Shown: in pieces, positions 23,825 to 32,757 of the stretch
Numbering within the stretch: the first letter of the stretch is position 1
Layout: the number at the start of each line of letters is the position of its first letter
The notes under the pieces: model-generated
What the model was told of the DNA's origin: nothing
What the model saw: the letters and a program-made list of their open reading frames with translations, nothing else
Database searches by the model: none
From: an uncultured Gammaproteobacteria bacterium
GTDB taxonomy: Bacteria > Pseudomonadota > Gammaproteobacteria > UBA9214
NCBI GenBank assembly: GCA_963773065.1
Contig: CAVYZN010000032.1
Span: forward strand, 160,001 to 224,000
DNA length: 64,000 nucleotides
Direction: 5' to 3'
Program-made: the position numbers and the translations under genes

Positions 23825-24790
23825 ATGTCTGATACTACCGCGCCTCGTTGGTTGCTTTTCGCCGCCAGCCTGTCGGGTCGCTTAGCCAGCACCCCGCGGG
23901 TGCGCTTGTGGCGTGCGTTGAAAGAGCGGGGCGCCGCAACGTTGCGGGACGGCGTAACGCTGCTGCCGGCGACCGCTGCCCACTTCGACGCCTTGAAGGA
24001 GATTGGCGCGCAAGTCGAGTCCGAAGGCGGGTCTTCCTGGCTGTTCGAGCTGGCGGCGCAGGCGCCTACGACGGAAGAACGACTGTCGACGCTGTTCGAC
24101 CGCTTCGAGGGCTACGCTGGACTGAGGTCGGCCATTGTCGAACTGCAAGCCGAATCAGCGCGGCTCGACGAGGCCACCGCCAGGCGACGGCTGCGACAGC
24201 TCGAGCGCGAGTTCGAGGCGATTGCCGGTATCGATTTCTTTCCCGGGGAGGCCAGGGCCCGGTCGCGGCAGGCGCTGGAGGCGGTGATTGCCTCGCTCAA
24301 TCGCCGCTACTCCCCCGCGGAACCTTCGGAAGTCGCCGGCGAGGTGCGGCGACTCGACCGTTCCGGTTTCCAGGGCCGGTGCTGGGCCACCCGCAAGCGG
24401 CTCTGGGTCGACCGGGCGGCGAGCGCCTGGTTGATCCGGCGGTTCGTGGATACGCAGGCGCAGTTCATCTGGCTGGAACGGCCGGAAGATTGCCCGGATG
24501 ACGCGCTCGGCTTCGACTTCGATGGGGCTTCGTTTACCCATGTCGGCGAGCGCGTGACCTTCGAGGTCCTGCTGGCGAGTTTCGGTCTCGAGGCCGATCC
24601 GGGTCTCGTCCGCCTCGGGCGACTGGTCCATTACCTGGACGTGGGCGGGGTGCCCGTCGCCGAGGCGGCGGGTTTTGAGGCCGTGCTGGCCGGGCTGCGC
24701 GAAAGCGCCCCGAACGACGACGCCCTGCTGGCCGCCATGGCGCCGGTGCTGAATGCCCTCCACCGCCGTTTTTCGTCGGTGGAGACCTGA
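23825..24790 (+). CDS. chrB: Chromate resistance regulator ChrB
   Basis: RVRLWRALK..LRDGV; WATRKRLWVDRAASAWLIRRFVD; GFDFDGASFTH. Confidence 0.93.
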   Translation: MSDTTAPRWLLFAASLSGRLASTPRVRLWRALKERGAATLRDGVTLLPATAAHFDALKEIGAQVESEGGSSWLFELAAQAPTTEERLSTLFDRFEGYAGLRSAIVELQAESARLDEATARRRLRQLEREFEAIAGIDFFPGEARARSRQALEAVIASLNRRYSPAEPSEVAGEVRRLDRSGFQGRCWATRKRLWVDRAASAWLIRRFVDTQAQFIWLERPEDCPDDALGFDFDGASFTHVGERVTFEVLLASFGLEADPGLVRLGRLVHYLDVGGVPVAEAAGFEAVLAGLRESAPNDDALLAAMAPVLNALHRRFSSVET

Positions 24791-24832
24791 TCTCGCCGGA
24801 TTTTTCGAACAACGCGTACCGAGGAACCAACC

Positions 24833-26207
24833 ATGTCTATAATTACCGAGGCGCTGGCGGCAGAGCCGGCGCCGCCGGCACCGGTCTCTCTCCGGGAAGC
24901 CTTTCTCTACTGGCTCAAGCTCGGCTTCATCAGTTTCGGCGGTCCGGCCGGACAGATCTCGATGATGCACGCCGAACTGGTGGAGCGGCGGCGCTGGATC
25001 AGCGAGCACCGTTTTTTGCACGCGCTCAACTACGCCATGGTGCTGCCGGGACCCGAGGCGCAACAGCTCGCCACCTACATCGGCTGGCTGATGCACGGCA
25101 CCCTGGGCGGCATCATGGCGGGGGTGTTGTTCGTGCTGCCCTCACTGGCCATCCTGATTGCGCTGACCTGGATTTATCTCGCCTACGGCGACCTCCCCGT
25201 GGTCGCCGGCGTGCTCTACGGGATCAAGCCGGCCGTCACCGCTATCGTTGTCTTCGCCGCCTATCGCATCGGCTCGCGGGCGCTGCGCAACGCCGTGCTC
25301 TGGGCCATGGCGGCGGCGGCCTTCGTCGCCATCTTCGCCTTCGACATACCTTTTCCCTCCATCGTACTGGCGGCCGGCATCATCGGCTATATCGGCGGCC
25401 GTATCGCCCCTGGCAAGTTCAAGACTGGCGGTGGCCACGGCGCCGCCGGCAAGTCCTTCGGCCCGGCGATCATCGACGACCACACGCCCCCACCCCACTG
25501 GGCCCGCTTCACCTGGCGTTCCATCTTCGTCCACCTGGCGGTTGGACTCGGACTCTGGGCTCTGGCGGAGGGGCTCCTTTATATGACCTATGGCTGGCAA
25601 GGTCCGCTCACCCAGATGGGCTGGTTCTTCACCAAGGCGGCGCTGGTGACCTTCGGCGGCGCCTATGCGGTGCTTGCCTTATGTCTACCAGGGTGGCGTT
25701 GAACACTACGGCTGGTTGACCGGCACCCAGATGATCGACGGCCTCGCGCTCGGCGAGACCACCCCCGGTCCGCTCATCATGGTGGTCGCCTTCGTCGGCT
25801 TCGTGGGCGGCTGGACCAAGGCGCTCTTCGGTCCGGAGAGTCTCGCGCTCGCCGGCATCGCCGGGGCGACGGTGGCCACCTTCTTCACCTTTCTGCCCTC
25901 GTTCCTGTTTATTCTGGTGGGTGGCCCAGCAGTAGAGGCCACGCGCGATGACATCAAATTCACCGCGCCCTTGACCGGCATCACCGCGGCGGTGGTCGGC
26001 GTGGTGTTGAACCTGGCGGTGTTCTTCGCCTGGCATGTGTTGTGGCCGGAGGCGACCAAAACCACGCCGTTCAGCGGTCGTTTCGAATGGTTTTCGCTCG
26101 TCATCACGATTGCCGCCTTCGTCGCCCTGTGGCGTTACAAGGTCGGCATCATCCCGGTGATCGGCGCCTGCGCGGCGGCCGGTCTTGCGTACTCGCTGCT
26201 TTTCTGA
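24833..26207 (+). CDS. chrA: Chromate efflux transporter ChrA (one indel)
   Basis: WLKLGFISFGGPAGQI, LPGPEAQQLA, GETTPGPLIM. Confidence 0.95.
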
Positions 26208-26618
26208 GGTCCTGTCATGAATTATGCGATGAAACCCCTGGCGAAGTATGGGTTCACGGCAGATTATTCCCGGCAATCCGATCCCTGCGCTGGCCTACCC
26301 GGAGGCCGCAGTCGGCGCCTCGTCACGCCGGCGCGCGAAGGTTGCGCGGCGCGGCGCATTGTGAAAGCGCAGCGACTCGGGATAGGGAAACACGTCCGCC
26401 GCTTCGATCGGATACCAGGGCTCAGCCGCGAGTTCGTACTCGGGGTATGGCGGTTCCGCGATGCGCCCTGCGCCTCGTGTACTCTGGCGCCTATGGAGTC
26501 GCTTCGCCTCACTGGCAACTGGCGCTCCAGGTGGCGTCGCATCCGCTCTGCGATTGCGCGACTTCGCGATGCTGCGCTTCTCGCGGAACGGTGGGCGCCC
26601 CCTGGCGCGATGATGCTC

Positions 26619-26834
26619 TTACGGGATCGAGACCCACCCCTCGAGGGACTGGTGGGCGGCCTCGTCGAGGGTTTTGGGGCCGAACGGATCGCCGTAATTG
26701 CGATCTTGGTCGTCCTCCAGCATCTGGCCAAGCATACCGAGGCGGTTGGAATAGTCCCACACGCCGCCGCGAATCTCGGCCATCGAGCTGACGTCAAGCT
26801 CTCTGCTCAAATCATAGATACGAATGTTGCTCAT
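26619..26834 (-). CDS. Small protein with a double-glycine-type leader
   Basis: AGGAGG RBS; MSNIRIYDLSRELDVSSMAEIRGG|VWDY... Confidence 0.6.
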   Translation of the reverse strand: MSNIRIYDLSRELDVSSMAEIRGGVWDYSNRLGMLGQMLEDDQDRNYGDPFGPKTLDEAAHQSLEGWVSIP

Positions 26835-27113
26835 GGTGCCTCCTGAAAAGTTACCTGGTTACGTTGCGGTTGGCACTCCACAGTGAAAATCCCGAGATGC
26901 ACAGCAACTGAGTCACATTTCGTGCCACCACAGCAACTGAACGTGGGTATATCTGCAAGTCCTTGGGAGAAAATCGGTTTTTGTTGTAGAGCCGTTGCGC
27001 TCCAGCTCTGCTTGCGGCACCCGCTTCGAAGGTGAGTTGGATAGGAAACGCCATTCGCCAGTCGAAAGTCCGGTCGGATCCAACATCAACACCCGATCGC
27101 GTCGCACCGCATA

Positions 27114-27402
27114 GGGGTCAGGTCTTGCAATCACGCATACCCCGATTTTGCTTGCTCGTCGGCACGGATGTTAGATCGCTCACCCCTGCTTCGAGCCGGT
27201 GCACTGCGTGGATGACCGTTGAGTAATGCACTCGGGAATAGTCTGCGATCTCCTGCAGGGTGTAAACACCGCTGAGAAAGGCGTGTGCCATAGCTCGCGG
27301 CGAACGGAATGGATTCGCTTGAAGACGGCGAGCTCGATGCTGAGAGGTTTTGCCATATGGCGAAGCATAAATCTCGAATGCTTGATTGCAAGACCTGACC
27401 CC
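27114..27402 (-). mobile_element. Miniature derivative of a Y1/RAYT-like transposase element with 20-bp inverted ends
   Basis: GGGGTCAGGTCTTGCAATCA / TGATTGCAAGACCTGACCCC; interior encodes MAKPLSIEL (N-terminus) and SGVYTLQEIADYSRVHYSTV (C-terminal HTH). Confidence 0.7.
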
Positions 27403-27743
27403 CTGTCTTGTGTCTTGTGTGTGGCGATCTATACGCTACGGGATTTTACCGTTTATACGTAGTTCTACGTACGATATTCCCTTATCCATGATATAGAAAA
27501 TAACAATGACCATGCGGTGTTTCATTTGACAGATGTCAATGTCAAGTAAGCAGCACAACGTTACGCTTCTCACGCAATCCCGCCAACTCTCTAGCCCTCG
27601 GCTCCGACCTGGTTGGGCTGATTGGAATTGCGCCAGAAGAAGACCAGAAGGAGAAAAAAGGCTGAGTAACGTAAGCATAACGAGTCATCGAAATACACAG
27701 GAGACTGGCAACCAAGAATTAAGTATTTACGGAGGAACTAACC

Positions 27744-28406
27744 ATGAAAAGATCAAATCTGGTAGGTACCTTATGCAGTGTAGTGTTAGCTACTGCGACT
27801 GATTGGGCATTGGCAAGTTTCGTAACGTACACGGGAAACTTGTCCGCCGAATCGGCTTGGCAGGCGGCTGCGGGTACTACGGTACTAGAGGACTTCGAGT
27901 CCTATCAAGACGATACACAGATATCGATTTTACCGGCGCTTGGGATTGGTTTTGATCCGTTAGCCGGAGGCGGATTTCCCAATACCTATCTTTTTAGTGA
28001 AGGTCCCCCGCACGGCCCAATGCATTTGGCGAACTTCCCTAACGGGATTAATGACACTAATCGCTGGGATGATGTTGTCCTGCATGTGCTCCCCGGTTAC
28101 GAAATTACCGCACTCGGGTTTTGGAACGGAGATGGTCAAAGCGATACTTTGGTGGCAACAGCTTACGACGCGGCTGACAACATCCTGGGTTCCGTAGGAG
28201 CTTTTAAAGATACCTTTGCGGGTTTCATCTCAGATGTTTCCATACCACGGGTTGTATTTGCTGAAAATACGGGTGATGGATGGAACCATCTGGATGGACT
28301 CCAAACCAACGCTGTAGAAGCTGTGCCAATACCGGCAGCCGTATGGCTGTTCGGTTCCGGACTGCTTGGCTTGCTTGGCATTACCCGGCGCAAGCAGACA
28401 GAGTAA
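27744..28406 (+). CDS. VPLPA-CTERM (PEP-CTERM-like) exosortase substrate
   Basis: Signal peptide; C-terminus AVPIPAAVWLFGSGLLGLLGITRRK. Confidence 0.88.
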   Translation: MKRSNLVGTLCSVVLATATDWALASFVTYTGNLSAESAWQAAAGTTVLEDFESYQDDTQISILPALGIGFDPLAGGGFPNTYLFSEGPPHGPMHLANFPNGINDTNRWDDVVLHVLPGYEITALGFWNGDGQSDTLVATAYDAADNILGSVGAFKDTFAGFISDVSIPRVVFAENTGDGWNHLDGLQTNAVEAVPIPAAVWLFGSGLLGLLGITRRKQTE

Positions 28407-28509
28407 CCATTAATCAGTGTTACAAGCAGCGGCTTCTTCGAAAGCCGTGACTCAGGTGAAAGCATATGAACCTGTAAATTTTTCATATCAAAGCATGGAG
28501 GAGACGAAG

Positions 28510-29813
28510 ATGAATAAAAGTACTGTTACATACCGTATAAAGCGGGCTCTGATTGGCAGTGTAGCATCATTGGTTTTTCTTTCTGTTGCAAATGTAAGCT
28601 GGGCCGATACGTGGACGGGTACGGTTGATGATTTATGGTCAACGAACGGTAACTGGCTGGATGGCAGCGCGCCAACAAGCACGGATTCGGTTACATTTAA
28701 TTCCGGCGATACAGGTGGTACAAATTTCGTCGATACGAATTTCACAATTACCGGCCTTGAATACCTCATCAATGGTACTCACACGACTAACCTCAACAGT
28801 GGAATCACCCTGCAAGTCGATCAATATCTCAGCCTCGGTTTCCGAAAACACCACCAGTAGCGCAGGCACGGCCGATGGCACGCTGGTGTTGGGCGGCAAT
28901 TCGGTGCTGAATGTGGGCACACCGACGGTGCGGGCGGATCTCGAACCTGGGCTGGAACGAGTCGAGCAACGCGGCGAGTGACGCCACGGGCGTGCTCAAT
29001 GCGCTGGACGGCACGGCGAATCTACGGCTCAACGAGTTCAACATCGGGCGTTCGGTGCGCGGGCAGAGCGCCACGGGGACGCTGCTGTGGGATCAGCCGG
29101 GAGCGATCGATGCGGATGTGATCTATCTGAGCCGCGGTGCAGGTGCGGTGGGCACGATTGCGACGCCGGCCGGCGGGACGTTGAAGCTCGGCTCGGCCAG
29201 TGCGCCGGTGGGGTTTCTGCGCCTTGGCTGGAATGACACCGGTTCTGCGGGAGCGGCCAGCGGCACGCTGGATTTGAGCGTGAACAATCCGACCTTCGAG
29301 GCGGTGATCAGCAACGAGCTGAGCCTGGGTCATAACGGCATTCCCACTGGTGTGGGCACGGCCGATGGCACGCTGGTGCTGGGCGGCAATTCGGTGCTGA
29401 ATGTGGGCACACCGACGGTGCGGGCGGATCTGAACCTGGGCTGGAACGAGTCGAGCAACGCGGCGAGTGACGCCACGGGCGTGCTCAATGCGCTGGACGG
29501 CACGGCGAATCTACGGCTCAACGAGTTCAACATCGGGCGTTCGGTGCGCGGGCAGAGTGCGACAGGGACGTTCTCGATGGGCAGTAACGCTAATGTAGAC
29601 GTCAACGTCGTCAATATTGGGACCGGGACTAACGCTACTGGAACAGTTAATCTGACCGGTGGTCTGATGACCGCAAACATCATCAATCTCGATCAAGGAG
29701 CGTTTAATTTTACCGGTGGCCGGTTAGCGGTCAATACCTTCAACGGCACGCTCACTGATAAAGGTGGTACGCTTGCGCCCGGTGTAGCGCCGAACACGAC
29801 CTCGATTGCGGGG
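28510..29813 (+). pseudogene. Secreted beta-repeat (autotransporter-like / probable PEP-CTERM) protein, truncated by group II intron
   Basis: Signal peptide, WTG..WST.GNW, Gly/Thr/Asn-rich repeats, GGTLAPG; frame runs into the intron and no 3' half is found. Confidence 0.7.
28865..29570 (+). repeat. ~215-bp near-identical direct repeat (28865-29080 and 29355-29570)
   Basis: GGCACGGCCGATGGCACGCTGGTG...CGTTCGGTGCGCGGGCAGAG occurs twice, 490 bp apart. Confidence 0.92.
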
Positions 29814-31808
29814 ATGCGACCTGGCAAGGTCGCGTAATCGAGTGGGTGCGAATCCCACCCGGGTAGCCGCTAGCCACGGGCCCGGTATTGAGCCTTGCAG
29901 TCAGCGGGGTAACTTGCTGATTGATGCGTAGGTACGAAAGGAGGCGAGGTGCAAAGGTAACAGGTGATGCTGACCCTGAAGACGTTGAGTCCCGAAAACG
30001 GCATCGTTGGAATCGGCCGATGGGTTCCCGCACCCAGCAGGCAACAGTTCCTGACGCGTGAGAGGCAAGTGTCAGGGAACGCCCCGGGATCTAAGGTCGC
30101 TTCGAGCCTCACAAGGCGATTGCGCGGTAACCAGGGAGATCCGACAGTCGGCGCAGAGGGATCTGCGTACCCTCGGACAAGCCTAGCAAGCGAGGAAGAG
30201 GGCGGTGGCGGTCGGAAGTCGGGGGTGCCCATACGAGCGATGAAGCCCGGTAATGCGGGTGGAGCAAAGGGGCACCGGTTTGAGACAACGGGTAAGGGCA
30301 ACATGGCCCGACACTGAGCGGACTGTGACCATGACAACGAAGTTTATCCGTTTCACCGAGAAGGCGCGTGCGGAACCGCAGTTGCGGTTCAATGCCCTGA
30401 TGGGGCTGCTGTTCGACCCGGAGGGGTTGCACGCCAGCTTCGGGCGTCAAGATGGAAAGAAGGCGCCCGGAGTGGATGGAATCAGGAAAGTGGACTATGC
30501 GGAAGGGCTGGAAAGCCGGCTAACGGAGCTGTCGTGTAGCCTGAGGCAAATGGGCTATCGGCCGCAGCCGGTGCGGCGAGTATACATCCCGAAAGGGAAT
30601 GGCCGTCGTCGTCCGCTGGGCATTCCTTGTTTTGAGGATCGCATTGTGCAGGATCGACTGAGTCTGATTCTGCAGGCGATATGGGAGCCGGAGTTTCAGG
30701 ACTGCTCTTTTGGTTTTCGTCCCGGGCGCAGCGCGCACGATGCGCTGCGTCGAGTGGCGGAGGTCATTACCAACGAGCGCACGCAGTGGGTGGTAGAGGC
30801 CGACATTAAAGGCTTCTTCGATCATGTTTCGCATTCCCACCTGCTACGGTTTCTGGAACACCGCATCGCAGACCCGAACGTTCTGCGAATCCTGAAGCGG
30901 TTTCTCAAGGCAGGGGTAATGGAAGATGGGGTGGTCAACGAGGTGAATGAAGGGACCCCACAAGGTGGGTTGGTATCACCGGCATTGGCTAATATTTACC
31001 TCCATTACGTGCTGGACCTGTGGTTCGAGCGGCGTTACAAGAAGTCCTGTCGTGGTAAAGCCTTTTTGGTGCGCTACTGCGACGACTTCATCGCCTGCTT
31101 TCAGCACGAGGATGAGGCGCATCGCTTTCACCGGGAATTGGGGGAGCGAGTGGCTGCCTTTGACCTGGAAGTCGAGCCCAGCAAGACGGCTGTGCTGCGT
31201 TTCGGTACGCAAGCGAAAAGGGATTGCCATCGGGATGGGCTAGGTCGTCCCCAGACGTTCAGCTTCCTGGGGTTGACCCACTACGTCGGTCGCAGTCGTC
31301 GCGGCCGCTTTGTGGTGGGTCGCAAGACTGAGCGGAAGCGGTTCAATGGCAAACTCAAGCAGTTGAACGAGCGTCTGTGCCGGCTACGGATGGCCGGTGG
31401 CAAGGCCATGATGGACTATGTGCGGCGGCATCTTGAAGGGCACATCCGTTACTATGGGGTGAGTGGCAACTACCGGGCGTTGAGTCGCTACGTCATGGCG
31501 GCGAGCCGCCTACTGTACAAGTGGCTCAACCGGCGTAGTCAACGCCGTTCTATCCCTTGGAAGCGGTTCCGTCCGATATTGCTGGAACGCGTGTTGCCGC
31601 GTATACGCATTGTTCACAACCTCTATCCTAAGCCGATCGGAATGACTCAATCTGGGAGCCGGATGGTGTAACGCACCTTGTCCGGTTCTACGAGGGGTCG
31701 GGGACGTACTGCTGTGTGGACACGCTATTGTGGCACCGCCGGGAAACCAGGCGGAACAGAGAAAACAAACAGTGTCCGGGCATGGCGGGAGGAACCGACC
31801 TACTCACC
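29814..31808 (+). mobile_element. Group II intron (complete), RT/maturase-encoding, extended domain VI
   Basis: 5' ATGCG (GTGCG-like); DV GAGCCGGATGGTGTAACGCACCTTGTCCGGTTC at 31656-31688; DVI basal stem GAGGGGTCGG/CCGACCT[A]CTC with bulged A, ending AC(C). Confidence 0.9.
30331..31671 (+). CDS. ltrA: Group II intron reverse transcriptase/maturase, no endonuclease domain
   Basis: KAPGVDG, RPLGIPCFEDRIVQ, SFGFRPGRSAHDAL, ADIKGFFD, GTPQGGLVSPALANIYLH, RYCDDF, FSFLG, X/thumb domain. Confidence 0.95.
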   Translation: MTTKFIRFTEKARAEPQLRFNALMGLLFDPEGLHASFGRQDGKKAPGVDGIRKVDYAEGLESRLTELSCSLRQMGYRPQPVRRVYIPKGNGRRRPLGIPCFEDRIVQDRLSLILQAIWEPEFQDCSFGFRPGRSAHDALRRVAEVITNERTQWVVEADIKGFFDHVSHSHLLRFLEHRIADPNVLRILKRFLKAGVMEDGVVNEVNEGTPQGGLVSPALANIYLHYVLDLWFERRYKKSCRGKAFLVRYCDDFIACFQHEDEAHRFHRELGERVAAFDLEVEPSKTAVLRFGTQAKRDCHRDGLGRPQTFSFLGLTHYVGRSRRGRFVVGRKTERKRFNGKLKQLNERLCRLRMAGGKAMMDYVRRHLEGHIRYYGVSGNYRALSRYVMAASRLLYKWLNRRSQRRSIPWKRFRPILLERVLPRIRIVHNLYPKPIGMTQSGSRMV

Positions 31809-31866
31809 AAAACCGCACGTCCGGGACTGTGCCGGGAGCTCCGGGTAACCGGAGTCCCTACGGCGG
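31809..31866 (+). mobile_element. 3' remnant (distal DV plus DVI) of a second group II intron
   Basis: AAAACCGCACGTCCGG matches the 3' half of DV with the AC bulge; GCCGGGAGCTCCGG-GTAA-CCGGAGTCCCT[A]CGGC is a DVI hairpin with bulged A. Confidence 0.8.
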
Positions 31867-31944
31867 AGGCGGCAGAGGTATTACGATGCGTGAGAACCTG
31901 CCCCAATGGTAGAGGGACATGGACAGAACGAGGAGACAAGAGCG

Positions 31945-32712
31945 ATGACAAAGCACAAGACCGGAACACGTGAAGAGTGGCTCGCAGCGCGGCTCGAGCT
32001 GCTCAAGGCCGAGAGGGAACTCACGCACCGCAGCGACGAGCTGGCGCGGCGGCGACAGGAACTCCCGTGGGTTCGGATCGACAAGGAGTATCGATTCGAG
32101 ACCGATGAACGCAGCGCCTCGCTGGCAGACCTCTTTAGAGGGCGCTCGCAGCTCCTCATGTACCACTTCATGTTCGGGCCCGACTACACGGCGGGGTGTC
32201 CCTCCTGCTCGGCAATCGCGGACGGTTTCAACGGGTCCGTCGTGCACCTAGCCAACCATGACGTGACGCTCTGTGCGGTGTCGCGGGCGCCACTCGCGAA
32301 GCTTCAGGCGTACAAGCGGCGGATGGGCTGGAGCTTCCCTTGGGCTTCGTCGTTCGGCAGCGACTTCAACCACGACTTCGGTGTGGAGTACACGGAGGCC
32401 GAACAGCGGGCAGGAGTGCTCGATTACAACTTCGCAACGACCGAGTGGCCACCGGTGCCGGTGGACCAGCAGGAAGGGCCGCTCGCAGAGATCCCAGCCA
32501 GCGTCGGTTTGGACTGGGCGACGTACGCGCGCGAGAGGTTTGGCGTGAGCGCGTTCGTGCTCGAGGATGGCGTCGTCTACCACACCTATTCCGCCTATTC
32601 GCGCGGAGTGGACGGCCTCTGGGGCGCGTACCAGTGGCTCAATCGTGCCCCCAAGGGACGCAACGAGACCAACTACTGGTGGCGCCGCCATGACGAGTAC
32701 GACAAGCGCTGA
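31945..32712 (+). CDS. DUF899 thioredoxin-like protein
   Basis: TREEWLAARLELL..RRQELPWV..LFRGRSQLLMYHFMFGP..GCPSCS. Confidence 0.9.
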   Translation: MTKHKTGTREEWLAARLELLKAERELTHRSDELARRRQELPWVRIDKEYRFETDERSASLADLFRGRSQLLMYHFMFGPDYTAGCPSCSAIADGFNGSVVHLANHDVTLCAVSRAPLAKLQAYKRRMGWSFPWASSFGSDFNHDFGVEYTEAEQRAGVLDYNFATTEWPPVPVDQQEGPLAEIPASVGLDWATYARERFGVSAFVLEDGVVYHTYSAYSRGVDGLWGAYQWLNRAPKGRNETNYWWRRHDEYDKR

Positions 32713-32757
32713 GCCAAGTAGTGGTGTCATGTTGATGGCACAACCTGGGGGCAGGAA

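Noticed and set aside
28865-31671. Diversity-generating retroelement (repeat pair next to an RT)
   Set aside because: Differences between the repeats are not adenine-specific, and the RT is a group II maturase embedded in DI-DVI structure.
30331-31671. Retron, Abi or CRISPR-associated RT defence system
   Set aside because: RT0 and X domains and flanking intron RNA are present; no msr/msd, effector or cas genes.
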